DNA of 20,000 bases from an uncultured virus (IMG/VR IMGVR_UViG_3300034091_000306) (lineage: Duplodnaviria; Heunggongvirae; Uroviricota; Caudoviricetes): IMG/VR virus record IMGVR_UViG_3300034091_000306; one strand, written 5' to 3'. The notes beneath the pieces are model-generated. The model saw only the letters and a list, made by a program, of their open reading frames with translations. It was not told the DNA's origin and did no database searches. Numbering within the stretch: position 1 is the first letter of the stretch; every line of letters starts with the position of its first letter. Shown piece by piece: positions 1-8,571 of this stretch. A program made the position numbers and the translations under genes.

Positions 1-2
1 GC

Positions 3-1205
3 GACGGCCACGACGGGGGGCAATTCTTCACGAATGGGACGCGCACCGACGTCGCCAAGATGGCCCGCGAGGCGCGCCAGCATGCGGCGCTCATGCCTTT
101 CTCCCACGCGGCGGAGGAGCTACGCGCTCGCGTCCAGTCGGAAGGACGTCGCGACGTGGAAGTTACCGCCCGCGACTTCGCCCGCTCGATCAAGTCGAAT
201 GGCAAGGTGACGGCGGGCGGTCTCAAGGTGACCGAGCAGGCGATCCGTGGCGTCATCGCCCGGATCGAGTCGCCCGCGATCGGGCATCTCCTCGGCTTGC
301 GCGACCGCATCGCGGCGGCCGTCGAGTGCGAACGCGCGAAGCCGGAAGGTGAGCGCGATTTCAGCAAGCCGCACGCCGATCGTGCGGAGCTGGCTCGGAT
401 CCTCGCGTACGAGTGCGAGCGTGCGGGAGACGTTCGGTTGCAGCTCCGCACGCGAGAGGCGCTCGGCGACATCTTTGCGATCGTCTCGCCGGGGTACGTC
501 CCCGCGGACGCGCCGGCCGTCATCCCCGAGATCCTCAAGGCGAACCTTCCCCGCGACGCGAAAGGCTCGTGGAGCTACGATCCGGTGTCCACGCGCTGGG
601 AGCTTACCGCGTCGATCTGGACGCCTACGCCCGCGGCGGAGATGGCGGTCGGCGAGGCGTTCAAGGGGTACGTGACTCTCGGGTCCAAAGACAACGGGGG
701 CGGTCGGTTCAAGGGTGGGGGCGGGATCACTCTCATCCGTTGCGTGAACGCTTCCACCTATAACGCGACTACCGCGGACGTCGCCCGGCGCCACGTGGGG
801 CGAATCATGAGCGACGTTGATCGCATGGTCGCGGGCGGGCTCAAGGCGATCGATGCACTCTGCGTCGCGTGGGGCCGGAACCGTGCGGATGAGATCCTGC
901 TTCCCGTCATCGCGGAGAAGCGCGTCACGATCGAGGACGCGATCCCGGGATTCTGGCGCTGGCTGCTCCGCGATCAATCGAGCGAGCTACAGGGCGTGCT
1001 TCCCGGGCGGAGCGAGGCGCACGTCACCGAGCTGACGCGGGCCTTCGCAGCGGAGCGTCGCGACCCGTCGCGGCTCGTGCGGTCCGATCTGGCGCAAGGG
1101 TTCACGCGCTACATTCAAGGGCAACCGGTGGACGTCCGTCGCGACGCAGAGAGCGCAATCGGCTCGTGGCTCGTGAACGGGAAGCCGGTAGGCTTCCGCG
1201 CCTAA
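3..1205 (+). CDS. DUF932/DUF945-like phage/plasmid protein, 5'-partial (frame open to window edge)
   Basis: Frame has no stop from position 3. C-terminal half has S-x-D-N-G...IRCVNA...RRHVG, resembling the NSHDG...RxVCxN...H signature of DUF932. Confidence 0.55.
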   Translation, partial: DGHDGGQFFTNGTRTDVAKMAREARQHAALMPFSHAAEELRARVQSEGRRDVEVTARDFARSIKSNGKVTAGGLKVTEQAIRGVIARIESPAIGHLLGLRDRIAAAVECERAKPEGERDFSKPHADRAELARILAYECERAGDVRLQLRTREALGDIFAIVSPGYVPADAPAVIPEILKANLPRDAKGSWSYDPVSTRWELTASIWTPTPAAEMAVGEAFKGYVTLGSKDNGGGRFKGGGGITLIRCVNASTYNATTADVARRHVGRIMSDVDRMVAGGLKAIDALCVAWGRNRADEILLPVIAEKRVTIEDAIPGFWRWLLRDQSSELQGVLPGRSEAHVTELTRAFAAERRDPSRLVRSDLAQGFTRYIQGQPVDVRRDAESAIGSWLVNGKPVGFRA

Positions 1206-1215
1206 GGTGAGGGGT

Positions 1216-1290
1216 GGGGGAGCGCTTCGCGGCGCTCCCCCGTCCGATCGAGCCTTCGAAACGTAACGGCGTGGAAGGCTCGATCGGGCG
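1216..1290 (+). other. Structured intergenic element, copy 1 (two adjacent hairpins)
   Basis: GGGGGAGCGC(1216-1225)/GCGCTCCCCC(1232-1241) stem, then a perfect 14-bp inverted repeat CCGATCGAGCCTTC(1244-1257)/GAAGGCTCGATCGG(1274-1287), extended by CGT/GCG. Confidence 0.75.
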
Positions 1291-1398
1291 AAGGCCCGAG
1301 ATAGGAGAGGAGCGACGCGCGCGAGCGCTGTAGGGGGAGAGAATCGAGAAGCGCGCGCGAGCGCGGAAGGCGGAGATCTATTTTCGAAGGGGACAATC

Positions 1399-1710
1399 AT
1401 GGGAGCATTCGCGACAACGATCACGCGAGCGGACGCGGTTTACCTGCTGTCATTGCTCGCGCCTAGTTCAGCGTCGAGTTACGTGGAAGGCCTGGCGAGC
1501 GACGCGCGCGCCGGACGTTCGGTGATTCCTTGGTACACGACGGACGGTTGCGAGGTCGGCGCGTTCATGCGCGGCAAGCGTGTGCGCTTCTACGTGAAGG
1601 GCAACGCCCACGATGGATCGGACGTGCGCGCATGCCTCGCACGTCTCGGGGGACGCGATGACACGAGCGAGGGGCGCGCTCACTCGCTGGAACGGGAGGA
1701 TCCGTCATGA
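1399..1710 (+). CDS. Hypothetical protein
   Basis: RBS-like GAAGGGGAC before ATG; stop overlaps the next start (ATGA). Confidence 0.7.
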   Translation: MGAFATTITRADAVYLLSLLAPSSASSYVEGLASDARAGRSVIPWYTTDGCEVGAFMRGKRVRFYVKGNAHDGSDVRACLARLGGRDDTSEGRAHSLEREDPS

Positions 1711-1970
1711 CGAAAATCGAGCGAGCAAGCCAGCAAGTCAACATTGCGATCGAAGCGGTCGCACACGCGGCGCGCGAGGTCGGCGAGGTCGCTACCTGCA
1801 ACCCCGGCGAACCGTGGCGCGTACCAGGCCCGGAAATGCGCGAGATGCGCGCCGCTCTCAAAGCCTGGACGGACGCGACGAACGGCTTTCTACGCCTCGT
1901 AGGACGGCCCGAGGCGAACGAACCGGAAGGGGAAGGGGGGAAGGAAGGGGACGCGCCGGTCCCCGCGTAG
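1707..1970 (+). CDS. Hypothetical protein
   Basis: ATGA-coupled to the upstream ORF, with GGGAGG upstream. Confidence 0.7.
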   Translation: MTKIERASQQVNIAIEAVAHAAREVGEVATCNPGEPWRVPGPEMREMRAALKAWTDATNGFLRLVGRPEANEPEGEGGKEGDAPVPA

Positions 1971-1979
1971 CGTGGCGCT

Positions 1980-2097
1980 GGGGAGCGCTGTTAGCGGTGC
2001 AGCGCTCCCCCGTCCAAGGCGATCCGTTAGACACGGCTTCGCCGTTTAGTCCCCCCTTCGCGGCGGGGCTCTGCGGTCTAGCGGATCGCCTTGGGCG
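1980..2097 (+). other. Structured intergenic element, copy 2
   Basis: GGGGAGCGCTG(1980-1990)/CAGCGCTCCCC(2000-2010) stem, then a 21-bp stem 2011-2031/2077-2097 with two G-U pairs enclosing small inner hairpins. Confidence 0.75.
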
Positions 2098-2129
2098 ATT
2101 ACACACGCACAACGTGGAAGGGGACTACC

Positions 2130-2735
2130 ATGTCACAAGCAATCATCGAAAAGGTCAAAAAGCTACGCCAGCTTGCGCAAAGCTCCAACGCGAATGAGGC
2201 GGCAAATGCCGCGGCGGCGGCGGAGCGTCTCATACAGGAGCACCGGATCGCGGAGGCGGAGCTGGAGAGCGAAACCGAAGAGAGCGTCACGCCGATCACG
2301 GACTACCTAGTCGAGCCTGGTACAAGCGCCATTTCTTGGCGCGCTCAACTCATCTCGGCGCTTTGCAAAGGCTACTCGTGCGCCGTATGGCAATCGAGCA
2401 AGCGCGTCGAAGGGACCTACCGCACGAAACTCGCGTGGGGCGTCGTCGGCGCGCCGGATGACGTCGCGACCGTCAAGTATCAATACGCCTTTTTGACGAT
2501 CGAGATCATCCGCCTTGCGGCGGAGCACCCTATCAAGTTGAAGGGTAAGCGCGAATTCAACGGCGCGGGGCCTGGTACCGTTGTCGCCCACGTCGCGAGC
2601 GTCGCGGAGTACCTAGCGCTCGCCTGCGATAGGGATGGATGCCGGGATCCGGCGCTTCGCTTGTGGACGGGTACAAGCCCCGTCGGCGAGCGCGTGCGGA
2701 TGAAAGACTATAGCGAGCGCGAGGTGCAATCGTGA
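2130..2735 (+). CDS. DUF2786-like domain protein
   Basis: N-terminus IIEKVKKLRQLAQSSNANEAANAAAAAERLIQEHRI matches the DUF2786 pattern (KIxKLLxLA...EAxxAxxxAxxLM). RBS GAAGGGGAC precedes ATG 2130. Confidence 0.7.
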   Translation: MSQAIIEKVKKLRQLAQSSNANEAANAAAAAERLIQEHRIAEAELESETEESVTPITDYLVEPGTSAISWRAQLISALCKGYSCAVWQSSKRVEGTYRTKLAWGVVGAPDDVATVKYQYAFLTIEIIRLAAEHPIKLKGKREFNGAGPGTVVAHVASVAEYLALACDRDGCRDPALRLWTGTSPVGERVRMKDYSEREVQS

Positions 2736-2956
2736 GCAGCCTCGTAAAGGACGAGCTGAAATGCGGAGAGTGTGGAAAAGACACATTCAAGCTCTACACA
2801 ATAGCGAATGAGAACGCGGGACGCCTCGGGGGCGGTCCACGATTCGAAGGCGAGATCCGTGTAAAATGTGTGACTTGTGGGGAGGTCTCGAAAATCACGT
2901 CCGCGCGACCCGCAATCGAGACTGAGGGGACCCTCTGCGGAGGGTGGGGAAAATGA
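2732..2956 (+). CDS. Small zinc-ribbon protein (CxxC...CxxC)
   Basis: GTGA coupling, RBS GAGGTG, CGEC and CVTC pairs. Confidence 0.65.
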   Translation: MSSLVKDELKCGECGKDTFKLYTIANENAGRLGGGPRFEGEIRVKCVTCGEVSKITSARPAIETEGTLCGGWGK

Positions 2957-4092
2957 GTCAACCGAAATGGGAATTCATCGCGAACCTCGGCGACGCGAAT
3001 CCGATCGAGTACGGCGGTTATTTCCTCTACAAGGATTCAACCGGCGCCTACGATTTCGAGGCGGAGCTGCTAGAGGAACCGGAAGACGCCGATTCCAAAA
3101 AAGCGAAGTGGACGGTTCGGCGCGTTTGCCTGGACCGCTGCAAGCTGCAACGGTCGGAGGACGGCGAGCGCATCTATCTCGTCTCCTACGCTTACGATCC
3201 TGCGACGTATCCGCACGCGCTTTCGCAGTATGCGGAATGGTTCGCGAAGGATCTTGACGGTGTCGCGAGCACGATCGGCTCGACTCGTGAGGAACTAGAG
3301 CACGCGCTTTGCGCCGAGGACGGCGGAGAACGTGCGTGGGCATATAGGGCAATCGCAGACACCTACGGATGGGACAATTTCGATTCGTATCCTCTCTTTC
3401 TCACGAAGGAAGAGGTCGAGGCGCGCTACACCGACGGCGAGCTAGGCGATAACTACGCGCTCGATGACGCGGTTAGCCTGAAAAGCGAACACACACGCGA
3501 GGGGCGTTACGCTCTCCGCGCCGTGCATTGCCTGAACGCGGGTCAATACGGCGCCGACGCGAAGCCGGGCGACTTGATCCAATTCGCCTACCCGAGCAGT
3601 CCCGATCACGTGAACCTGGCGCGCGTGCTCGCTCGCGTGGACGCGCCAAGCGAGGGGCCTAACAGACGCCGCATGGGATGGCTCGCCGTCGTCGAGCTGA
3701 GTGTATCTCTCGGCTCCGCGTTCGTTCGATGGATCGATCCCGCGTGGGTGAAGTCGTGCGGCAAGATCCCGCAAGATATGCTCGCCTGGTTTTTCGCCGA
3801 CAAGTTGCCGGGCCTTCCGGCGATTCTGAAGCTCGATTCGCTCGGGGCACTCTCCGATCACTACGTCGCGAAGTACAAGGGCTCATGCGAGCGGTGCATC
3901 TGTACGCATCAGCGCGCGCGTTGTAGCGAGTGCGGCGGATCCTTCACGGTGAGCGTGAAGAACGGTGTCGGAGTCACGGAGCACGACGGCGACACGATCG
4001 ACGGAATCGATCACGAGAAAGACGCCGATCACACGGCGTACGAGGCGGACGGTAGCGGATGGCTGCGTCGTCATCCTGGGAGTGACGAATGA
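2953..4092 (+). CDS. Hypothetical phage protein, probably multi-module
   Basis: About 380-codon ORF coupled at both ends (ATGA); Cys-rich C-terminal segment. Confidence 0.75.
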   Translation: MSQPKWEFIANLGDANPIEYGGYFLYKDSTGAYDFEAELLEEPEDADSKKAKWTVRRVCLDRCKLQRSEDGERIYLVSYAYDPATYPHALSQYAEWFAKDLDGVASTIGSTREELEHALCAEDGGERAWAYRAIADTYGWDNFDSYPLFLTKEEVEARYTDGELGDNYALDDAVSLKSEHTREGRYALRAVHCLNAGQYGADAKPGDLIQFAYPSSPDHVNLARVLARVDAPSEGPNRRRMGWLAVVELSVSLGSAFVRWIDPAWVKSCGKIPQDMLAWFFADKLPGLPAILKLDSLGALSDHYVAKYKGSCERCICTHQRARCSECGGSFTVSVKNGVGVTEHDGDTIDGIDHEKDADHTAYEADGSGWLRRHPGSDE

Positions 4093-4418
4093 GCGCCCTT
4101 CGCTACTCCGGCGAGGTTACGATTCGCGTCACGTGGATCGACACTCCCGGGCGAAACAATCACGGGGGGCACTACCGCTGCACTCTCTCGCGCACCATAA
4201 ACAAGGGTACGCAATGGGAGAAGCGCGTTAGCACCACGCAATACGTAGGAGCGCCGGCCTTCCTAGAGCGTGGCGTCGGGATCGACTCTAGCGAAGCCTT
4301 CGATGACACGGCACATGCCGCGCTCTCCTTCGCTAGCAACGAAGAGACCGCCGAGGATGACGATCCGAACGGATGGGCGGAGCACGCCGCATACAAGGCG
4401 GACGGTAGCGGATGGCTG
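4043..4418 (+). repeat. 23-bp exact direct repeat AGGCGGACGGTAGCGGATGGCTG (4043-4065 and 4396-4418)
   Basis: Read directly; both copies lie near the 3' ends of consecutive ORFs and encode the same peptide. Confidence 0.9.
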
Positions 4419-4472
4419 ATTGCTAGGGCGCCTGCGAAGCGCTGGGGGAAGGAAGAGGCGACGACGTCATGA
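4089..4472 (+). CDS. Hypothetical protein
   Basis: ATGA coupling; shares the AYxADGSGWL motif with the upstream ORF end. Confidence 0.75.
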   Translation: MSALRYSGEVTIRVTWIDTPGRNNHGGHYRCTLSRTINKGTQWEKRVSTTQYVGAPAFLERGVGIDSSEAFDDTAHAALSFASNEETAEDDDPNGWAEHAAYKADGSGWLIARAPAKRWGKEEATTS

Positions 4473-4759
4473 AAATCGATTCCGCGGCAGCGATCAAGCG
4501 AATCCCGCTCGGGACTCGCCTTTACCTGATTCGTTCGCTCAAGGGCCCGCAGGCGCCGAGCGCTCGCATCGTCAAGCAGGTACGAAGCGCCGACGTCATC
4601 GTCACAATCGACGATCCAACGAATAAGAATCACGGGCGCGACTCTTACATGGATCTCCGTGGCGTCCGCGTCGAGCCGCGCGAGGACGGCTTCGCGCTCT
4701 ACGAGAAAGAGGCTAACGAAGTCTGCGCGGAGTATCGGTTTCACGAGGTGGCGCCATGA
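4469..4759 (+). CDS. Hypothetical protein
   Basis: ATGA coupling at both ends. Confidence 0.7.
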   Translation: MKIDSAAAIKRIPLGTRLYLIRSLKGPQAPSARIVKQVRSADVIVTIDDPTNKNHGRDSYMDLRGVRVEPREDGFALYEKEANEVCAEYRFHEVAP

Positions 4760-5016
4760 CACGCAAGCTGCAAGATCCGCTCGACGCCTATCGCGTCTCG
4801 CGAACACCGAAGAACGCGATCAAACCGTGTCCTCATCCTGGCGTGTATCATCTAGGGAGTGACGGGCTAACTGTCGTTCGTCCTCATCCGCAGGCCGATT
4901 CGTGCTTCGCACGCGAGCAAGGCTACGTCATTCTGAAAATTGAAGCGTGGGCTCGCGAAGCTGGCCCGGCGATCGTCGCTGCGTTGAACGCTGCGGGCGT
5001 GAAGGTGGGACGATGA
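4756..5016 (+). CDS. Hypothetical protein
   Basis: RBS GAGGTG, ATGA coupling. Confidence 0.7.
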   Translation: MTRKLQDPLDAYRVSRTPKNAIKPCPHPGVYHLGSDGLTVVRPHPQADSCFAREQGYVILKIEAWAREAGPAIVAALNAAGVKVGR

Positions 5017-5318
5017 ATACGTCAAAGCATGTGCCCGAGCTAAACATCGTGGAATGGGAGAAAGCCGGGGACGGCTATCTCATCGTAACAATCAACGTGT
5101 GCGGCTGTCCGATGCACCTGGAAGCGCACGGCGTAGCGTGGCGCCACGACGACGGAACGATCACGTCGGATCGCCCGGACACCGGGTTACAGATCCCTTT
5201 CGGGGAAGATTCACAATTCGATGAGCTGAACCGCGCTTTCTCATGTGATGGCCCCCAGCAAACGGTCACGATCGACGGCAAGCTTTACGTCCTTTTCGCG
5301 AGCGCGCAGGGGGAATAA
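5013..5318 (+). CDS. Hypothetical protein
   Basis: ATGA coupling; stop overlaps the next start (TAATG). Confidence 0.7.
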   Translation: MNTSKHVPELNIVEWEKAGDGYLIVTINVCGCPMHLEAHGVAWRHDDGTITSDRPDTGLQIPFGEDSQFDELNRAFSCDGPQQTVTIDGKLYVLFASAQGE

Positions 5319-5479
5319 TGAGACGCTTTCGCGTTACTTTGGAGTTAGAACTAGACGATCGCGCGCCGCGTGCAGGCGAGGGACGTCTGAAACAATCGAT
5401 CCCGAACGCGCTCAAGTATTTTGAGCTAGGCAAGGTCACGGCGATTGACGTGATCGAGCAGCAAAAGGTGAAGCCGTGA
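5318..5479 (+). CDS. Small hypothetical protein (53 aa, MRRFRVTLELELDD...), not in ORF track
   Basis: Fills the gap exactly, with TAATG and GTGA coupling. Confidence 0.6.
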   Translation: MRRFRVTLELELDDRAPRAGEGRLKQSIPNALKYFELGKVTAIDVIEQQKVKP

Positions 5480-6336
5480 TCGAACCGAACGATCAAGATC
5501 CGCCGTACAGTGACGGCCCGATTGATAATCCCACTATCAAACGCTACGACGCGCCTACGCTAAATCAGCTGCTACCGCTCCAATCGAGCACGGTGGACGT
5601 AGAGATGCTCGAAAAGGTGCGCGCCGTCCTCGCGGGCGAGCTTGACCCGTGCGAGGCCTCGCCAGCGTGCGCCGCGTGGGTCGCATCCTGCTACAACAAG
5701 CCCGATCCCGACGGCCACGATTGCAGGCTAGAGGCGTGTAACGATCTGCTGGGCATGTCCGGCGTCGTCGCGCTCAATATCGAAGGTGCGGAGACGTACA
5801 CGGACGAAGGGATCCGCATGTGCCCGCCCTTTAGCTACTGCAACGCCGGGGATACCTACGAAATTACGCTCGCTCGTGACCACGAAAATGGACAGTGGGT
5901 TATCGCGAGCTGGGGAGATCTCCTCGAAGAGTACGAGATCGAACACGAGCTAGGCGCCTATGCGACTTTCGAGGAGAAGCCTGATCAGTGTCCCGAATGC
6001 GATTGCGCATCGCTGGAGCTGCACCACTACACCGGCTCTGCACGCGGCGATTCGTATTCTTGGGTTTGCGTTAGCTGCAGTCACCACGTTTTTGCCGTAA
6101 TGGGATTCGATCCGGAAGGCGAGATCGTTACCTATTGCGACATGACGTGCGCGAAGTGCGGCATGACGTGCGCGAAGTGCGGTAAAGTCATCCTTGAATC
6201 GAAATCGTGGGGTCTAGGCGACGTCGGCGATTCGATTATGCCTTCGTATTGCTCGAAAGAGTGTTACGAAAGCGCCGAATGGGACAGGCCCGGCGACGAT
6301 GACGGCGACATCGCAGGCACGGGAGACGAAAAATGA
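5476..6336 (+). CDS. Acidic, Cys-rich hypothetical protein with zinc-finger-like C-terminus
   Basis: 286-codon ORF with CPEC, CVSC, CAKC x2 and YCSKEC motifs. Confidence 0.7.
   Translation: MIEPNDQDPPYSDGPIDNPTIKRYDAPTLNQLLPLQSSTVDVEMLEKVRAVLAGELDPCEASPACAAWVASCYNKPDPDGHDCRLEACNDLLGMSGVVALNIEGAETYTDEGIRMCPPFSYCNAGDTYEITLARDHENGQWVIASWGDLLEEYEIEHELGAYATFEEKPDQCPECDCASLELHHYTGSARGDSYSWVCVSCSHHVFAVMGFDPEGEIVTYCDMTCAKCGMTCAKCGKVILESKSWGLGDVGDSIMPSYCSKECYESAEWDRPGDDDGDIAGTGDEK
6141..6182 (+). repeat. Perfect 21-bp in-frame tandem duplication (MTCAKCG x2)
   Basis: CATGACGTGCGCGAAGTGCGG at 6141-6161 and 6162-6182. Confidence 0.95.
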
Positions 6337-6584
6337 GCACGAAACCTAACGGCGCCGGTGCGGGTCACTGCGATGTCTGTTTCAGAGCCTACACGTGGGG
6401 TTGCGGACATTCCGGCTCACAAGAGCATGAGTATCGACGACACCGTGCAACGAAAGCGCACGCCGAACGCCGGTGCAAGTGCTACGGACACGATCACTGC
6501 GATCCCAAAGCGTGCAAGCTCGCCGGGATTCGCATCTCCGGTTACTTGCCGTTCTATCAACACACGGAAAAAGCGGCGTCATGA
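6333..6584 (+). CDS. Cys/His-rich hypothetical protein
   Basis: ATGA coupling at both ends. Confidence 0.6.
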   Translation: MSTKPNGAGAGHCDVCFRAYTWGCGHSGSQEHEYRRHRATKAHAERRCKCYGHDHCDPKACKLAGIRISGYLPFYQHTEKAAS

Positions 6585-6826
6585 AAGATCGTTGCCGCCA
6601 ATGCGAGAGGCCGCTACGTCCCCTCAAGGGAACGAAGGGCGTCCTCGGCTACGGCTACGGAGGACACGGTTATTTCTGCTCGCTCCGGTGCGCCTGGCGT
6701 TTCGCGATTGACGCAATCGAGGACACCGAAGGAACGCCGGGCGGATCGCTTGCGAAGAAGACGAAGGAAGAGGCGGAAGAGAAGCTCGCCGATCTCATCA
6801 TCGAATCAATCAAACGAACGAGGTAG
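6581..6826 (+). CDS. Small zinc-finger-like protein (CxxC...FCSLRC)
   Basis: ATGA coupling; CRQC...YFCSLRC pattern. Confidence 0.65.
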   Translation: MKDRCRQCERPLRPLKGTKGVLGYGYGGHGYFCSLRCAWRFAIDAIEDTEGTPGGSLAKKTKEEAEEKLADLIIESIKRTR

Positions 6827-6829
6827 ATC

Positions 6830-7159
6830 ATGAAGATCGAAAAATTGGCATCGCTCGCGAAGCTCGAAACGAAAGAAGCCTTCCACACGACCGCAAAAGC
6901 AGCTCTAAAGGAGGTCGCCGACGCGCTCGAATTGCCTAAGGGAAGCTACGAGATCCGCAGTAACAAGGCCGGCCCCGCAATCCTCGGCGAGGTTACGCTA
7001 CACGGTGAGAACATTTACGTGCAGGTCGGCGAATCCCCGCACGGAATCCTCTATCGAACCTGCAAGGGACGAAAGGACTACACGGGAGGCGGCAATCAGT
7101 GGCTGGGATGGGATCGAGCCGATCGGCTTGTCGAGTCAATCAAACGGATTACGAGGTAG
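6830..7159 (+). CDS. Hypothetical phage/plasmid-type protein
   Basis: RBS GAGGT; globular-looking sequence (IRSNKAGPAILGEVTLH...YRTCKGRKDYTGG). Confidence 0.75.
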   Translation: MKIEKLASLAKLETKEAFHTTAKAALKEVADALELPKGSYEIRSNKAGPAILGEVTLHGENIYVQVGESPHGILYRTCKGRKDYTGGGNQWLGWDRADRLVESIKRITR

Positions 7160-7289
7160 AGATTATGAACCGCTCCGAATCTGCGCCGCATTTCTCGTGT
7201 TTGACTAGTCCCCTTGCACGGGCGGTGCGGCGTGGACTCGGGGCGGCTCGACGAGATGTCCGACGAGGCATCCACAGGTGGGGGGCGCG

Positions 7290-7553
7290 GTGAGCCAAAA
7301 ATACAGCTTGGAGGCCGTTTTCGAGGTGTGGAACGACACGACCGGCGAGCGCGTCCAGGTCGGAGCGGACCGTGACGGCGTGGATCTCGTCGAGATCAGG
7401 TCCCTTGCGAGCGATGCGGCCTTCACCGGCTCCGTCATGCTCACGGATGAGCAGGTCCCCCTCGTGATCGACGCGCTTACACGCTACATGGCGTGGAAAA
7501 ACGAAGCGAACAGGCAACGAAAAAACTTGTCGGACGGAAAGACGAAAACTTGA
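7290..7553 (+). CDS. Hypothetical protein
   Basis: GTG start after a G-rich RBS; typical codon usage. Confidence 0.6.
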   Translation: MSQKYSLEAVFEVWNDTTGERVQVGADRDGVDLVEIRSLASDAAFTGSVMLTDEQVPLVIDALTRYMAWKNEANRQRKNLSDGKTKT

Positions 7554-7567
7554 CGGACGGAAAGATG
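7522..7567 (+). repeat. 23-bp imperfect tandem repeat overlapping a possible sigma70-type promoter
   Basis: AAAACTTGTCGGACGGAAAGACG / AAAACTTGACGGACGGAAAGATG (21/23). The second copy gives TTGACG(7550-7555)-17 nt-TACAAG(7573-7578). Confidence 0.7.
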
Positions 7568-7585
7568 AGAGCTACAAGAGAATCG

Positions 7586-7802
7586 ATGATCCTCTACAAC
7601 GTGACTTTCATGGACAAGAACGGCCTTCGTACGCTGGTGGACGACGCACGAGACGCTCGACGCGGCGAAGGAATGCGCCGCCACCGACTTCGAAGAGGGG
7701 TGGACAACCGATCTCGTAGTCGATCTCGAAACGGGAGAACGCTTCGTCGCCAAGGTGACGGGCGTTCGACTCGAAGCCGAAGCCGAGATCAAGCATGGGT
7801 GA
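7586..7802 (+). pseudogene. Frameshifted or chimeric small ORF
   Basis: MILYNVTFMDKNGLRTL in one frame; the protein-like continuation WWTTHETLDAAKECAATDFEEGW...EIKHG* is in the +1 frame with no ATG of its own. Confidence 0.4.
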
Positions 7803-7841
7803 GTTCAAAAAGATCGCCGACACAACACCGAGGGAGAAGAC

Positions 7842-8165
7842 ATGACAACGGAAACAACGACGAACGGAACCGCGACGACGAAGACGGAAGAGAAACCGAA
7901 GCCGACGAAGGATGAGATCAAGGCGATGATCTCCGCCTACATCAAGGCGGATGACGACGTGACGACTGCGGAAGCGTTGCTCAAGAAGGCGCTGGAAGTC
8001 CGCGGTGTTGCCGCCAAAGAAATCCACGACAAGTCAGGCAAGGCGAAATACATGATTCGCGGCGAAGTCCTCACACTCACTTCGAGGAAGTCCAAGAAGA
8101 CGGGCAAGGAGACGTACTTCTTCAAAGGTCAAACCGATGACGACGTCATCGGCGGGGATGACTGA
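7842..8165 (+). CDS. Hypothetical Lys-rich protein
   Basis: Strong RBS GAGGGAG; typical codon usage. Confidence 0.8.
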   Translation: MTTETTTNGTATTKTEEKPKPTKDEIKAMISAYIKADDDVTTAEALLKKALEVRGVAAKEIHDKSGKAKYMIRGEVLTLTSRKSKKTGKETYFFKGQTDDDVIGGDD

Positions 8166-8347
8166 TGAAAGCGCGAAGGCGTACAATGAGAGTGCGCGCT
8201 CCCGTCTACGAGATTCTGGAGCGCGAAGACCATTTCATCGTCTGCCGGATCTATCGCTCACGTATTGAAGCCGAGCGGGCGGTCAAGAGCTGCGAACGAG
8301 CGGATCGCGCGGCGGCGACGCGGTTAGGCGTGGAGCTGAAACAATGA
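8165..8347 (+). CDS. Small basic hypothetical protein
   Basis: TGATG and ATGA coupling. Confidence 0.55.
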   Translation: MKARRRTMRVRAPVYEILEREDHFIVCRIYRSRIEAERAVKSCERADRAAATRLGVELKQ

Positions 8348-8571
8348 TCGAATGCAGTGCCGACCTAGGGCATCCATGCGATGCAGACGACGGCCAGCCG
8401 TGTCCAGCGTGCGTCCAAACCGCACATGAGATGCGCGAGGAGTACGATAGAGCTTCGCCGGAAGAGCGTCTCTACGCACGTCTCGATGGCGATCTCGCAC
8501 GAAAGAAGGCGTACGTCGAGGACATGATCGGTGCAGGGCGCGGGCATCTCTTGCGCGACGATGAACGATGA
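8344..8571 (+). CDS. Hypothetical protein
   Basis: ATGA coupling, GGAG upstream. Confidence 0.65.
   Translation: MIECSADLGHPCDADDGQPCPACVQTAHEMREEYDRASPEERLYARLDGDLARKKAYVEDMIGAGRGHLLRDDER

Noticed and set aside
1216..1241. Rho-independent terminator call for the GC hairpins at 1216 and 1980
   Set aside because: No U-tract follows on either strand; reported as a structured element instead.
1925..1950. G-quadruplex-like purine tract
   Set aside because: It lies within an ORF end (EGEGGKEG) and has no independent support.
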